Below, one piece after another: positions 16,930-26,440 of a stretch of DNA of 64,000 bases. Below the pieces are notes generated by a model. That model made no database searches. It was not told the DNA's origin and saw only the letters and a list, made by a program, of their open reading frames with translations. Origin of the DNA: an uncultured Thermoplasmata archaeon (GTDB lineage Archaea > Thermoplasmatota > DTKX01 > GCA-020343715); the NCBI GenBank assembly GCA_964353355.1, contig CAYGVT010000023.1:9482-73481 (forward strand), read 5' to 3'. The translations under genes and the position numbers were made by a program. Within the stretch, counting starts at the first letter, position 1. Each line of letters opens with the position of its first letter.

Positions 16930-17964
16930 ATGAAGGTCGCAATCCTCTATACCGGGCAGGCGAACGCCAACGCGGTCAGGCCACGCGAGCTCGAGCGGTT
17001 CCTCACCGCACGCGGCCACGAGGTCCACCTTGTCGACCTCGAGATGTTCCCCTACCGCCGGTTGCTGCGCGTCAAGGAGCCGTTCCAGGTCGCGCTCCGG
17101 AGGGCCGGCGTCGGGGGGCCAGAGGAGCTGCTGCGGCCCATGCGCGAGTGGGCGGACATCATATGGCGCAAGGTGCTGGAGGGCAGGCACTACGAGGCCG
17201 TCGTGTGCGAGTCGTTCCCGCACGCGCTCGTGCTCGCCCACGACATGGGCGCGGTCACGCTGTTCGACTGCCCCACGCCGCCCGTGTGCGAGCTCATGTA
17301 CTCGGGCGAGCACCCGCCCGAGACCATCGAGCGGCTGCGCGAGGTCGAGCGCCTCATCTACGGGGCGTGCACCTACGTCACGTTCCACTGGCGGAGCTAC
17401 GTCGACCACGTGCGCGAGCACGTGTACGACGGGCCCAACCTCACCGTCCTCGACTGGGGGTGCCACCCCTCCTCCCGGCGGGCCAGCTTCGCGACCCCGC
17501 CCCGCACGGTGTACCTTGGCTTCCTGGGCGGTTACTGGGTCGACCTTCCACTGCTCTCCTCCCTTGCGCGGTCGGGGGCGACGCACGTCGACGTGTGGGG
17601 GTCGCCCGCGCCCGCGGGGCGGTGGGGACTCGACTACCATGGGTACGCCCCCAACACCGGCGTCCTGGCCCGCTACCAGCTGGGGCTCGTCACCTGCTCG
17701 AAGGACCCGCTGCGGTGCGCGGGCTTCTCGGCCAAGCATCTCGAGTACATCGCCCACGGGCTGCCCGTGCTCGCCCCAAGATGGCGCACGGGGCTCGAGC
17801 TCATCCGTGGGACGGTCACCTACGACGAGGGGGACTTCCAGGAGGCAGTGGCCGCGCTCTCGGACGAGGGCGAGTGGCGCAGGAGGAGCGACGAGGCCTA
17901 CCGCCAGGCCAAGGAGCTGGACTGGGACGTGACGCTCCGCCCCCTCGAGAGGATGCTGCGGTGA
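16930..17964 (+). CDS. GT-B-fold glycosyltransferase-like protein (divergent)
   Basis: MKVAILYTG N-terminus. The C-terminal half has GFSAKHLEYIAHGLPVLAP, resembling the GT1/GT4 donor-binding domain. Start 16930 (ATG) is preferred over 16864. Confidence 0.6.
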   Translation: MKVAILYTGQANANAVRPRELERFLTARGHEVHLVDLEMFPYRRLLRVKEPFQVALRRAGVGGPEELLRPMREWADIIWRKVLEGRHYEAVVCESFPHALVLAHDMGAVTLFDCPTPPVCELMYSGEHPPETIERLREVERLIYGACTYVTFHWRSYVDHVREHVYDGPNLTVLDWGCHPSSRRASFATPPRTVYLGFLGGYWVDLPLLSSLARSGATHVDVWGSPAPAGRWGLDYHGYAPNTGVLARYQLGLVTCSKDPLRCAGFSAKHLEYIAHGLPVLAPRWRTGLELIRGTVTYDEGDFQEAVAALSDEGEWRRRSDEAYRQAKELDWDVTLRPLERMLR

Positions 17965-18027
17965 GAGCCGGCGCATGGGCGTGTGGGCCCCCAGCGTTGG
18001 TGCCTGCGGCCGGGGGTCACCCCGGCC

Positions 18028-18044
18028 GTAAGTATTTTATCCCC
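18028..18044 (+). promoter_or_regulatory. TATA-like box upstream of the GT2 gene
   Basis: gtaagtattttatcccc, an AT-rich island. Confidence 0.4.
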
Positions 18045-18113
18045 GCACCAGGGTGTTTCGCCCAGGGCCGGGAAGGGGGCTGCCGCTCCCGAGGTCGCGC
18101 CACACAAGGTCGC

Positions 18114-19328
18114 ATGCCACGAGGGCGGCATTGGCCTGCGGCACGGCGCGCACCTGCATCGGACCTGGAGCGCCGGGCCCCGGTCCCCGGACGGTGGGGT
18201 CAGGGCTTGGGCGCAGGGGTTGTCGCGGTCATCGTGAACTGGAACGGCTCGAGGAGCACGATCGAGTGCCTGGAATCGCTCCTGCGCGAGGGGCGTCCGG
18301 ACCTCGGGGTCGTCGTCGTCGACAACGGCTCGGACGACGGTTCGGTGGATGCGATCAGGCGGTTCTGCACGGATGGGCACGGCGGGGGCCTGCCGTTCGT
18401 CGAGCCCTCACCGGGCGGGCGCGCCGACCCCGTCGACGGGCACGCCATCATCCTGCTCAGGAGCGCCACGAACCTCGGTTACACGGGCGGCAACAACCTT
18501 GGCATGAGGTACGCGATGGAGGCGATGCGGCCCCGCTACGTCCTGCTGCTCAACAACGATGTGGTCGTCGCCCCGGGCTTCATCGAGACGATGCTCGCGT
18601 CCGCGGAGGCCGCGACCGGGGTGGGCATGTGGCAGCCCAAGGTGCTCATGATGCGAAGGCCGGGGACCGTCTCGGGCATCGGCATCGGCATCCGCCCCGA
18701 CGGGCAGACGTTCATGATCGGCTACGGGGAGCCCGACGACGGGCGCCATGACATGCCGCGCGAGGTCTTCGCGGTGTACGGGTGCGCGGTGCTCTGCAAC
18801 GTGCGGATGCTCGAGCAGGTCGGCCTGTTCGAGGAGGGGTTCTTCGCCTACTACGAGGACGTGGAGCTCTCGTGGAGGGCTTTGCTCCACGGCTGGAGGT
18901 GCATGTACGTCCCCACCGCCAGGGTCCACCACTGGGAGGGCGCGTCCGGAGCGCCATTCAAGGGCGTGCTCAATTTGCGCAACGGCGTCTACTGCTACCT
19001 GAAGCACGCGCCCGCGGACCTGCTCGTCCGCATGCTGCTGCGCGCCGGTTTCGATGTCGCGAGGTTCATGGTCACCTCGACCGGCGAGGAGAGGCTGACG
19101 TGCCTGCGGCTCGCGAGGAGGTTCGGGCTCTTCGGGAAGGTTCCCGAGATGTTGCGGTGCAGGAGGGCCCTGAAGGTGCGCCGCCTCGAGAGCCTTTCCG
19201 AGCTCCGGGGGATGATGGAGCCGGTGCCCGGGGCGCGTCAGGGCCTCCCCGCGACGAGGCAGACGTCGCTCACCAGCGCGGAAAGCGCCGCAGCCCGGGG
19301 GGTGGAGAATGCTCGAGAGGATGCGTAG
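18114..19328 (+). CDS. GT2-family (GT-A) glycosyltransferase, rhamnosyltransferase-like
   Basis: VAVIVNWNGSRSTIECLESL...VVVVDNGSDDGS and YYEDVELSWR motifs. The start is uncertain: ATG 18114 or TTG 18207. The track ORF from 16827 is a GC artefact extension. Confidence 0.8.
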   Translation: MPRGRHWPAARRAPASDLERRAPVPGRWGQGLGAGVVAVIVNWNGSRSTIECLESLLREGRPDLGVVVVDNGSDDGSVDAIRRFCTDGHGGGLPFVEPSPGGRADPVDGHAIILLRSATNLGYTGGNNLGMRYAMEAMRPRYVLLLNNDVVVAPGFIETMLASAEAATGVGMWQPKVLMMRRPGTVSGIGIGIRPDGQTFMIGYGEPDDGRHDMPREVFAVYGCAVLCNVRMLEQVGLFEEGFFAYYEDVELSWRALLHGWRCMYVPTARVHHWEGASGAPFKGVLNLRNGVYCYLKHAPADLLVRMLLRAGFDVARFMVTSTGEERLTCLRLARRFGLFGKVPEMLRCRRALKVRRLESLSELRGMMEPVPGARQGLPATRQTSLTSAESAAARGVENAREDA

Positions 19329-20013
19329 GCGGCAGAGCGGGCGCGACCAGGGGCCGACCGCGGGCCAGGGCCCCACCGTGGACGAGGCCGGCTCCGTTCC
19401 CGCGCGGTTCGCGGAGCTGTACTACTCGTCGGGGGAGGCCACCTGGAGGAGCACGACGTGGCTCGGGGTGAGGACGTACAAGTGTCCCCTTGACCTGTGG
19501 ACGTACCAGGAGCTCATCCACAGGCTCCGCCCGGACCTCATCGTGGAGACCGGCACGGCCGACGGGGGCAGCGCCCTTTTCATGGCCACCATGTGCGAGC
19601 TCGTCGGGAGCGGGCAGGTGGTCACGATCGATATCGCGAGGGCGAGCGCGGCGCCGTCCCACCGGCTCCTCCGCTACATCGTCGGTCCCTCGACCGCGCC
19701 CGCAACCGTCGAGCTCGTGCGCGACATCGCGGGGGGAAAACGGGTGGTCATGGTCGTCCTCGACTCGGACCACCACAGGGGCCACGTGCTCGAGGAGATG
19801 AGGCTCTACGGCCCCCTGGTCACGAGGGGCAGCTACCTCATCGTGGAGGACACCTGCCTGAACGGCAACCCCGTGGAGGTCGGCTTCGGACCCGGTCCCA
19901 TGGAGGCGGTGGAGGAGTTCCTGAGGGAGGATAGGAGGTTCACCGTCGACCGCGGCCTGGAGAGGTTCATGATGACGTTCAACCCGAGGGGCTACCTGAG
20001 GAGGACGGGGTGA
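19309..20013 (+). CDS. CmcI-family (cephalosporin hydroxylase-like) sugar O-methyltransferase
   Basis: WLGVRTYKCPLDLWTYQELIHRLRPDLIVETGTADGGSALFMA is the CmcI-family signature. GGTGGAG lies just upstream of the ATG. It overlaps the GT2 gene by 20 nt. Confidence 0.8.
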   Translation: MLERMRRRQSGRDQGPTAGQGPTVDEAGSVPARFAELYYSSGEATWRSTTWLGVRTYKCPLDLWTYQELIHRLRPDLIVETGTADGGSALFMATMCELVGSGQVVTIDIARASAAPSHRLLRYIVGPSTAPATVELVRDIAGGKRVVMVVLDSDHHRGHVLEEMRLYGPLVTRGSYLIVEDTCLNGNPVEVGFGPGPMEAVEEFLREDRRFTVDRGLERFMMTFNPRGYLRRTG

Positions 20014-20723
20014 CACGGGATGCGGCCATGCTGGCGGGCGACCGGACGGGCGGCGCGTGGGCTCGAGGTGATGGCTTGCGCCCGTCGGTGAGGGGGTTCG
20101 TGGAGAGGTGCGCCGACTCGCTCCCCCTTGCCGGGCCTGTGCTCGAGTTCGGCTCCTTCCAGGTGCACGGGCCAGGGCAGGAGGGCCTTGCAGACCTGAG
20201 GCCCCTTCTCGCGGACAGGGAATACCTCGGGGTCGACCTGAGGAGGGGGCCGGGGGTCGACGTCGTGATGGACCTCCACAACGCCGGGGTGAGGACCTGC
20301 TCCATCGGCACCGTGCTGCTCATCGACACCCTCGAGCATGTGGAGTACCCGCACAGGGCCCTCGAGGAGGTGCATCGTGTCCTCTCGCCGCAGGGGGCCG
20401 TCATCCTCACGTCCGTCATGGGCTTCCCCATCCATGAGCACCCCGACGACTTCTGGAGATTCACGCCACAGGGGCTCATGAGCCTCATGCGGCCGTTCGC
20501 GTACGCGATGGTGGATTCGCTGGGCGCGCCCTCCTTCCCCCATACGGTGGTGGGCATCGGCCTCAAGCGCACGATGCCTGACGAGGCGAGGGCCGCGCTC
20601 GAGGGCATGTGCCGTGCGTGGAGGCGGGAGTGGGACGGCGATGGGGGCGGCGCCGACCGCTCCATCATGGCGCGGCTGATGCCGCCACTTGTGCACGAGC
20701 TGCGCGGGAGGGTGCGCAGATGA
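20010..20723 (+). CDS. class I SAM-dependent methyltransferase (Methyltransf_11-like)
   Basis: VLEFGS...GVDL...VDVVMDLH...LLIDTLEHVEYP...VLSPQGAVIL. GTGA start/stop overlap with the previous gene. Alternative ATG at 20028. Confidence 0.75.
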   Translation: MTRDAAMLAGDRTGGAWARGDGLRPSVRGFVERCADSLPLAGPVLEFGSFQVHGPGQEGLADLRPLLADREYLGVDLRRGPGVDVVMDLHNAGVRTCSIGTVLLIDTLEHVEYPHRALEEVHRVLSPQGAVILTSVMGFPIHEHPDDFWRFTPQGLMSLMRPFAYAMVDSLGAPSFPHTVVGIGLKRTMPDEARAALEGMCRAWRREWDGDGGGADRSIMARLMPPLVHELRGRVRR

Positions 20724-21177
20724 GCCACCCGCTACGGACGCTCCACGACGCCTGGCCCGGTCGCCCTTGCGCCTCGCGGCTGCGTCGCGAGCGGTCCGGC
20801 ATCACGAACATGGACAGGATGCTGGACCTGGCCCGCTCCTTCGACCGCCGGGGCGTCCCCATCGCCCCTCTCCTTGGGGGCGGCGAGGTGGCGGCCCCCG
20901 CGGGCGCGGCCGAGCGGCGCCGCAGGACCGGCGGAGCCCAAGACCAGGACGTATGGCCAGACAGTGCCGGGGCCTCCCGGCCCCGAGCGGGGTCACCGCG
21001 GCTGGACCGTTAGGACATGGCCGGGCGAGGGGAGGAGTTATCAATGTCGGGCCTTCATTACCCGCCGTGGACGGGCGCGGGGCAACCCGATGCGCGCCCG
21101 GAGGTACGCGGAATGAGGCGACCGCGCGACGGTGGTGCTTGCGGGTCCTGGGTGACCCCTCACGGTGGTGGGGCCGC

Positions 21178-22836
21178 GTGAGACGGCCCCCTCCCGCGCT
21201 GTGGCTGCTGCTCGCGCCCACGGCGACGGTCCTGCTGAGGCTGCCCTTCGTGCTCACGCGCGCGGGGCTCTACGGCTCGGACACGTACCTGCATCTCAGG
21301 CTCGCCAGGGGCTGGACGGCCGCATCGGCGTGGCCCGCTTTGCTCGCGGACCATTCGAGCAGGTACCTGGACTACGAGGCATGGCCGGGCGCGCACGCGC
21401 TCGCCGCGTCAGCGGCGGAGCTGGGGGCTGACCCGTTCTTGCTCATGAGGTGGGTGCCGCTGCTCGCGCTGTTCGTGCTCGTCCTGGCAATCGTCCTCGT
21501 CATCGCGAGGAAGGCGGGGCCGCACGTCGCCGTCGCGGGGGGGCTGCTGCTCGGACTGGCGGACCACCTGTTCTTCCAGACGCAATGGTACACCCCCGAG
21601 CTCGTGTGCCTGCCCCTCCTGGGCGTGCTGCTCCTCAACGAGCTGGTGGTGCGGCGGCGCGCGCTGTCGATGCTCGTGCTCACCGCGTTGCTCCTCACAC
21701 ACCACCTGAGCTTCGTGGTGGGGTTGCTGATGTACATGCTCCTGACGCTGCGCGAGCCGCGCCGGTCGTTCCTCCCGTCGGTGGCCTACCTGGTCGCGGC
21801 GTCCGCGGTCTTCTGGGGGACGATGCCCGCGTGGGTGGGCAGCGTCAACGACCTGCAGGGGGCCGCGTGGGGGCTGGACCCGGGCATCCTCATGGCCGCG
21901 GTGGTGCTGGGACTGCTGGCGGGTCGGTTGGCGCTCGACGCCGTCGTCGGCCGGCTTGCGGACCGCCTCGGGGGACGCCCTCTGCCGGAGCTCCTGCCGG
22001 CCGCATGGCGGCGCGCGAGCCTCATCGCGCTCGCCTTCGCCCTGGCGGTCGTCGCCACCGCGCTTCTGACCATCTACAGGCCCTCGGAGGGCAACGAGGG
22101 CATCGGCGCGCAGCCCTCGAAGTTGCTCATGCTCGCGGGGGGCGCGCTGTTCGTGGGCCTCGTTGGCGCGGACCGATGCGGGCTGCGCATCGGTTCCACG
22201 CTCGTGGCGCTGGGCCTGCTTCTACTGCTAAATCCCTTGCTCTTCGGTGCCGTGGAGGTGGGCATCCGGCTCCTCGAGTTCATCTACCTCCCCGGGCTCC
22301 TCGTGCTCGCAATGGGCGCGCACGCGCTGCGCGAGCTGCGCCCGCGGCGCGCAGCCGCGGTCCTGCTGGCGCTGCTGCTCGTCTCTCCCGTGCTGCTCGC
22401 GGACGACGCCGTGCGGTACCGAAGCGAGGGCGCGCAGAGGTTCCTGTTCTCCGACACCGACCTCGACTTCGCGCGCGAGGTGCTCTCGCTCACACCGGAC
22501 GACGCGACCCTGCTCGCGCCGTTCGGCATGTCGGCCATGCTCGAGGGCATGGCCGACCGCAACGCGAGCACCTGGTCGATAGGCAGGGCACTGAACGCCC
22601 GTAGCTACGGTGCCATAGGAGGCGACCTCGTCTGGCTGGCCGACTCCACCTACCATCCCATCTACCTCGTGCACTCCTCGGACAGGGTCCGGTACATAGA
22701 GGAGGCCGGTGACCGCGTCACTCGGCAGGACGTGGAGGCCCTCGGGGCCTCCATCGGTGACCTCCCCAGCGTGCTTCTGCCCGTCGTCACGGTCGGTCCC
22801 CACTCGCTCTACAGGGTCCCGCGCACCGTGCCGTGA
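21178..22836 (+). CDS. polytopic membrane protein, candidate glycan polymerase / GT-C-like enzyme
   Basis: About 12-14 hydrophobic helices and a first loop GLYGSDTYLHLRLARG. The soluble C-terminal domain is ~150 aa. There is no in-frame ATG. GTG 21178 gives MRRPPPALWLLLAPTATVLL; the alternative is TTG 21139. Confidence 0.65.
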   Translation: MRRPPPALWLLLAPTATVLLRLPFVLTRAGLYGSDTYLHLRLARGWTAASAWPALLADHSSRYLDYEAWPGAHALAASAAELGADPFLLMRWVPLLALFVLVLAIVLVIARKAGPHVAVAGGLLLGLADHLFFQTQWYTPELVCLPLLGVLLLNELVVRRRALSMLVLTALLLTHHLSFVVGLLMYMLLTLREPRRSFLPSVAYLVAASAVFWGTMPAWVGSVNDLQGAAWGLDPGILMAAVVLGLLAGRLALDAVVGRLADRLGGRPLPELLPAAWRRASLIALAFALAVVATALLTIYRPSEGNEGIGAQPSKLLMLAGGALFVGLVGADRCGLRIGSTLVALGLLLLLNPLLFGAVEVGIRLLEFIYLPGLLVLAMGAHALRELRPRRAAAVLLALLLVSPVLLADDAVRYRSEGAQRFLFSDTDLDFAREVLSLTPDDATLLAPFGMSAMLEGMADRNASTWSIGRALNARSYGAIGGDLVWLADSTYHPIYLVHSSDRVRYIEEAGDRVTRQDVEALGASIGDLPSVLLPVVTVGPHSLYRVPRTVP

Positions 22837-22869
22837 CGTCGGACGCCCGCGGGCGTGGCACCTCACGCA

Positions 22870-23964
22870 CTATTGGACGCCGTTGAAGAGCTCCACGTAG
22901 CGCGGTGCGACCCTGTCCCACGTGAGGCCGCGCGCGAGGGCGCGCTGCCCCGCGACGACGGCGTCCGCGTCGGTCCGTCCTCCCGCGACGCGCACGACGG
23001 CGTCGCGCACGGCGGCAGCGGACGGCTCCACGATGTTGGCCGCGAGCGCGCCGCCCATGTGCTCGGCGGGCCCCATGTGGCTCGACACGATGACCGGGCC
23101 TTCGGCGATGGCGAGGGCCTCGAGCACGGCCACGGGGAAGTTGTCGTAGCGCGAGGGGTACACGACCATGTCCGCGGACCGGATGCTCGAGTAGAGCTCC
23201 CCGATGGGGATGTGGCCGAAGAGGTGGACGTGGTCGCCGAGGCCCGCCCCCGCGGCCCTCCTCGCGAGGGCGCGCGCGAGCGGTCCCCTGCCGGCGATGT
23301 GGAGGTGGGCGCGCCCCCTCAGGTCGGCAGGAAGCGCGGCCATGGCGTCGACGAGCAGGTCCACGCCCTTCTCGTGCGAGAGCCGGCCATGGAAGAACAC
23401 GCTCGGCTCGCCCTCGAGCTCCACGCGCGGGGGCGGGTTGTCCAGGAGCGCGGAATCGATGCCGTTGGGCACGATGGCCGTTCGGGGCCGGAAGGCGTAC
23501 CGGGCGCGCAAGATGCGCTCGAGGTACCTCGAGTGGAGCACGACCAGCTCGGGCCAGTTGACCATCCAGGGCGCCATCGCGGCCGAGGGCACGGTGAAGA
23601 GGGCCAACCCCGGCTCGCGGCTCCTGATGTGGTTCCAGAGGTCCTCCCGCACATCGCCGTGGAAGTCGCAAGCGAGCCTTGCCCGCAGCCGCCTGAGCCG
23701 CATCATCATGCGGGGATAGGGGCCAAGCCCCAGCACGAGGTTGAGGGGGTAGTAGAACAGCGCGTCCCTGACGTGGTCGCGGGCCTCCGCGGGCTGGATG
23801 GCCACGTCCCTGTAGGTCGCCACCATCGCGGGGTCGTCCGTGAGGAGGAGCAGCTCGGCCTCGAGCGCGTTCTTGGCCCCGTAGAGGTGCCGCCACACGC
23901 AGTGGGCGACCTTCTCAGGGGATGACGACATCCCACCCGGCAGGTAGAAGACCAGTGTCTTCAT
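22870..23964 (-). CDS. GT4-family glycosyltransferase
   Basis: MKTLVFYLPGG N-terminus, HGRLSHEKGVDLLVDA, and PSRYDNFPVAVLEALAIAEGPVIVS (E-x7-E-like). Confidence 0.8.
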   Translation of the reverse strand: MKTLVFYLPGGMSSSPEKVAHCVWRHLYGAKNALEAELLLLTDDPAMVATYRDVAIQPAEARDHVRDALFYYPLNLVLGLGPYPRMMMRLRRLRARLACDFHGDVREDLWNHIRSREPGLALFTVPSAAMAPWMVNWPELVVLHSRYLERILRARYAFRPRTAIVPNGIDSALLDNPPPRVELEGEPSVFFHGRLSHEKGVDLLVDAMAALPADLRGRAHLHIAGRGPLARALARRAAGAGLGDHVHLFGHIPIGELYSSIRSADMVVYPSRYDNFPVAVLEALAIAEGPVIVSSHMGPAEHMGGALAANIVEPSAAAVRDAVVRVAGGRTDADAVVAGQRALARGLTWDRVAPRYVELFNGVQ

Positions 23965-24120
23965 CGGACGGCACGGACCCCCATTGGACACCAATGTGGG
24001 CGCCCGTAGTTAATCCTTAAGGTTCCAGGATGCCTGCAGGGGGCGACGCGCCCCCCACCCGTCGCGGACGGGACCGGTGGCGTCAGGGCGAGGCGCGGGA
24101 CCCCCTGGAGGCGATGCGTC

Positions 24121-25629
24121 GTGGGCATGGTCGAGGGCGACGGCGGGGGGCGCTCCGAGAATCTGGAGGCGGCGGGGCTGTTCTCCCGTCGGCTGGCCCT
24201 CATCCTGGCCGTCAACGTCGTGGGCTCGGTCGCGGCCATCCTGGTCCTGCCGATGCTCACGCGGTCGATGCCCGCGTCCGATTTCGGCGTCTACGCCCAG
24301 GTGACGGTCACGGTCATCCTCGCGCCCCTCCTGCTGGGGCTGGGCCTGCCCTGGGCCATGGTGCGGTTCCTCGCCGCCGAGGACCGCGAGGAGCGCGTCT
24401 CCGAGGGCCTGTCGTCCGTGCTCGCGGTGGTGCTGGCAGTGTCAATGGCCGCCGCGGCCGCGCTAGCCGCCCTCGCGCCGCAGGTGGGGGTGTGGCTGTT
24501 CGGGGGTCGCGAGGACATCATCCGTCTGACCGCGGTGATCGTGCCCCTCGAGTGCGCTAGCTCCGTGCTCTACAACTACCTGCGGGCCTTCCAGCGCATC
24601 CGGCTGTACTCGGGCTTCATCCTGCTGCAGACGCTCCTCCTGCTCGGCCTCATCGCCGTGACCGTCGTCATGGACATGGGCCTCGTGGGGGCGGTGCTCT
24701 CCCTGCTCACCGCCCGTGCGGTGACGGTGGCCGCGATGGCCTTCGCGGTGGTCCGCGAATCTCCGCTGAGGCGGCCCGACCTCAGCATGCTCCGGCGGTT
24801 CCTCCGGTTCGGTGCGCCGATGGTCCCGTTTGACCTCTCCGAGTGGGCGATTTCCTCGGTCGACAGGTACCTCATCGGCATCATCGCGGGCATCGCCTGG
24901 GTGGGGTACTACGGTCCCGCCTACGCGCTGGGCAGCATCATGCTGCTGCTCGTGGTCCCGCTGAGGTTCCTGCTGCCCGCGGCGCTCGCCGAGATGTACG
25001 ACCGCGGCAGGGTCGGTCGTGCACGCGCGTTCCTGCGCCACGCCATGAAGTGCTTCCTGGTGCTCTCCATCCCTTCTGCGGTGGGCCTTGGGCTGCTCGG
25101 GCGGCCGCTGCTGTTGCTGCTCACGACCGAGGAGATCGCTCGCGAGGGGAGCGTCGTGGTGCCCGTGGCGGCGATGGCGATGGTGCTATGCGGCGTGCAG
25201 GCAATCCTGAGCCAGGTGCTCCTGCTCCAGGGGCGGACGCGCGCGCTCGGCGCCGTGATGGCTGCCGCGGCCGCGCTCAACGTCGCCCTGAACGTCGTGG
25301 CCGTCCCGAGGCTCTCCATACTCGGCGCGGCCCTCGCCACCCTCGCGGCCTACCTGTTCGCCATGCTCGCGACGGGCGTCCTCGCGCGCGGGGAGCCGCG
25401 GCTTAAGCTCGACGTCGCCGCGGTGGGGAAGAGCGCCGTCGGGACCCTGGCGATGGTGGCCGCGGTCGTCGCGATGGGCCGGTGGTGGGAGGCACCGGTG
25501 CCAGTGTGGACAGTGGGCGCGGCCCTCGCGGGCGCGGGGGTGTTCGCCGCCGCGACGCTGCTCCTGCGCACGTTCTCGGAGGAGGAGCGCGAGTTCCTGC
25601 TGGCGCTCCTCGGCAGGGGTCGGTCGTAG
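24121..25629 (+). CDS. Wzx-like oligosaccharide flippase (MOP superfamily polysaccharide biosynthesis protein)
   Basis: 502 aa with about 12-14 TM helices. The N-terminal region RRLALILAVNVVGSVAAILVLPMLTRSMPASDFGVYAQ is typical of Polysacc_synt proteins. Confidence 0.75.
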   Translation: MGMVEGDGGGRSENLEAAGLFSRRLALILAVNVVGSVAAILVLPMLTRSMPASDFGVYAQVTVTVILAPLLLGLGLPWAMVRFLAAEDREERVSEGLSSVLAVVLAVSMAAAAALAALAPQVGVWLFGGREDIIRLTAVIVPLECASSVLYNYLRAFQRIRLYSGFILLQTLLLLGLIAVTVVMDMGLVGAVLSLLTARAVTVAAMAFAVVRESPLRRPDLSMLRRFLRFGAPMVPFDLSEWAISSVDRYLIGIIAGIAWVGYYGPAYALGSIMLLLVVPLRFLLPAALAEMYDRGRVGRARAFLRHAMKCFLVLSIPSAVGLGLLGRPLLLLLTTEEIAREGSVVVPVAAMAMVLCGVQAILSQVLLLQGRTRALGAVMAAAAALNVALNVVAVPRLSILGAALATLAAYLFAMLATGVLARGEPRLKLDVAAVGKSAVGTLAMVAAVVAMGRWWEAPVPVWTVGAALAGAGVFAAATLLLRTFSEEEREFLLALLGRGRS

Positions 25630-25675
25630 GACACGGGCAGGGTGCTGGGGGGCGAAGGGGGGCCGCGCTGCCGCC

Positions 25676-26440
25676 TCACACCCTCTGCATGGTCACGAAC
25701 ATATGGTCCCCGAGGCGCCGCAGGGGCGCGACGTCGCGCGCGGCCGCCATGTCGAGGAACCGTGGGAACCTGGAGGCAACGCCCTCAAGGTAGGGCGGGG
25801 GCAGGAGGCCGTATCCCCTCACCGACGTGACCCTGAACGAGGGCGCGAACGCGCGCTCGAGCGCGCGCAGCGAGTGGTAGCTCACATCGAACGGCCGGCC
25901 CGCTACGGGCGCGCGCTGCGGCCTGAGGCGCCGCAGCGCCTTGCCCGGCCTGAGCGTGGCCGCGTAGACGGCCATCTCCCACAGGCACGCGGGGCCCATC
26001 ACGCTCGCCAAGAGCCGCGCCCCCGGCCTCAGCAGCCGACCGAGCGCCGCGGCCACCGGCGCGAGGTCCCCCTCGCAGTTGAGCGCGCCGAAGGAGGAGT
26101 ACGCCCCGTCGAGCGCGCCCTCTCCGAGCCCGTCCGCGAGCCCCCCGAGGTCCCGCGCCGCCATCACGCGCCCCTCCACGAGGCCGCCGACGCCGGCCGC
26201 GTCGGCCCTGGCGAGCGTCGCCTCCACCATCTCGGGCATGACGTCCACGGCGACGACGCGCACGCCGCGCCTCGCCAGCGCGACCGCCTCCACGCCGGTG
26301 CCGCAGCCGACATCCAGCACGCGCTGGCCCTCGGCGAAGGCCGCGTGGAGCCCGCGCTCCGATATCTCGCGGTAGCGGGCGAAGAGCGGCCCCGTGGTGC
26401 CGCGGTCGTACCTCTGCGCGACGCCCTCCACCGCGGTCAT
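25676..26440 (-). CDS. class I SAM-dependent methyltransferase
   Basis: Motif I is VLDVGCGTGVEAVALARRG. The ATG at 26440 forms an ATGA overlap with the radical-SAM stop. Confidence 0.8.
   Translation of the reverse strand: MTAVEGVAQRYDRGTTGPLFARYREISERGLHAAFAEGQRVLDVGCGTGVEAVALARRGVRVVAVDVMPEMVEATLARADAAGVGGLVEGRVMAARDLGGLADGLGEGALDGAYSSFGALNCEGDLAPVAAALGRLLRPGARLLASVMGPACLWEMAVYAATLRPGKALRRLRPQRAPVAGRPFDVSYHSLRALERAFAPSFRVTSVRGYGLLPPPYLEGVASRFPRFLDMAAARDVAPLRRLGDHMFVTMQRV

Noticed and set aside
20719-21013. 98-aa ORF whose ATG overlaps the methyltransferase stop (ATGA)
   Set aside because: The translation (MSHPLRTLHDAWPGRPCASRLRRERSG...) is Arg/Gly/Pro-rich without motifs, and I cannot show coding bias by eye. 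It is kept only as a question under the 20723..22836 finding.
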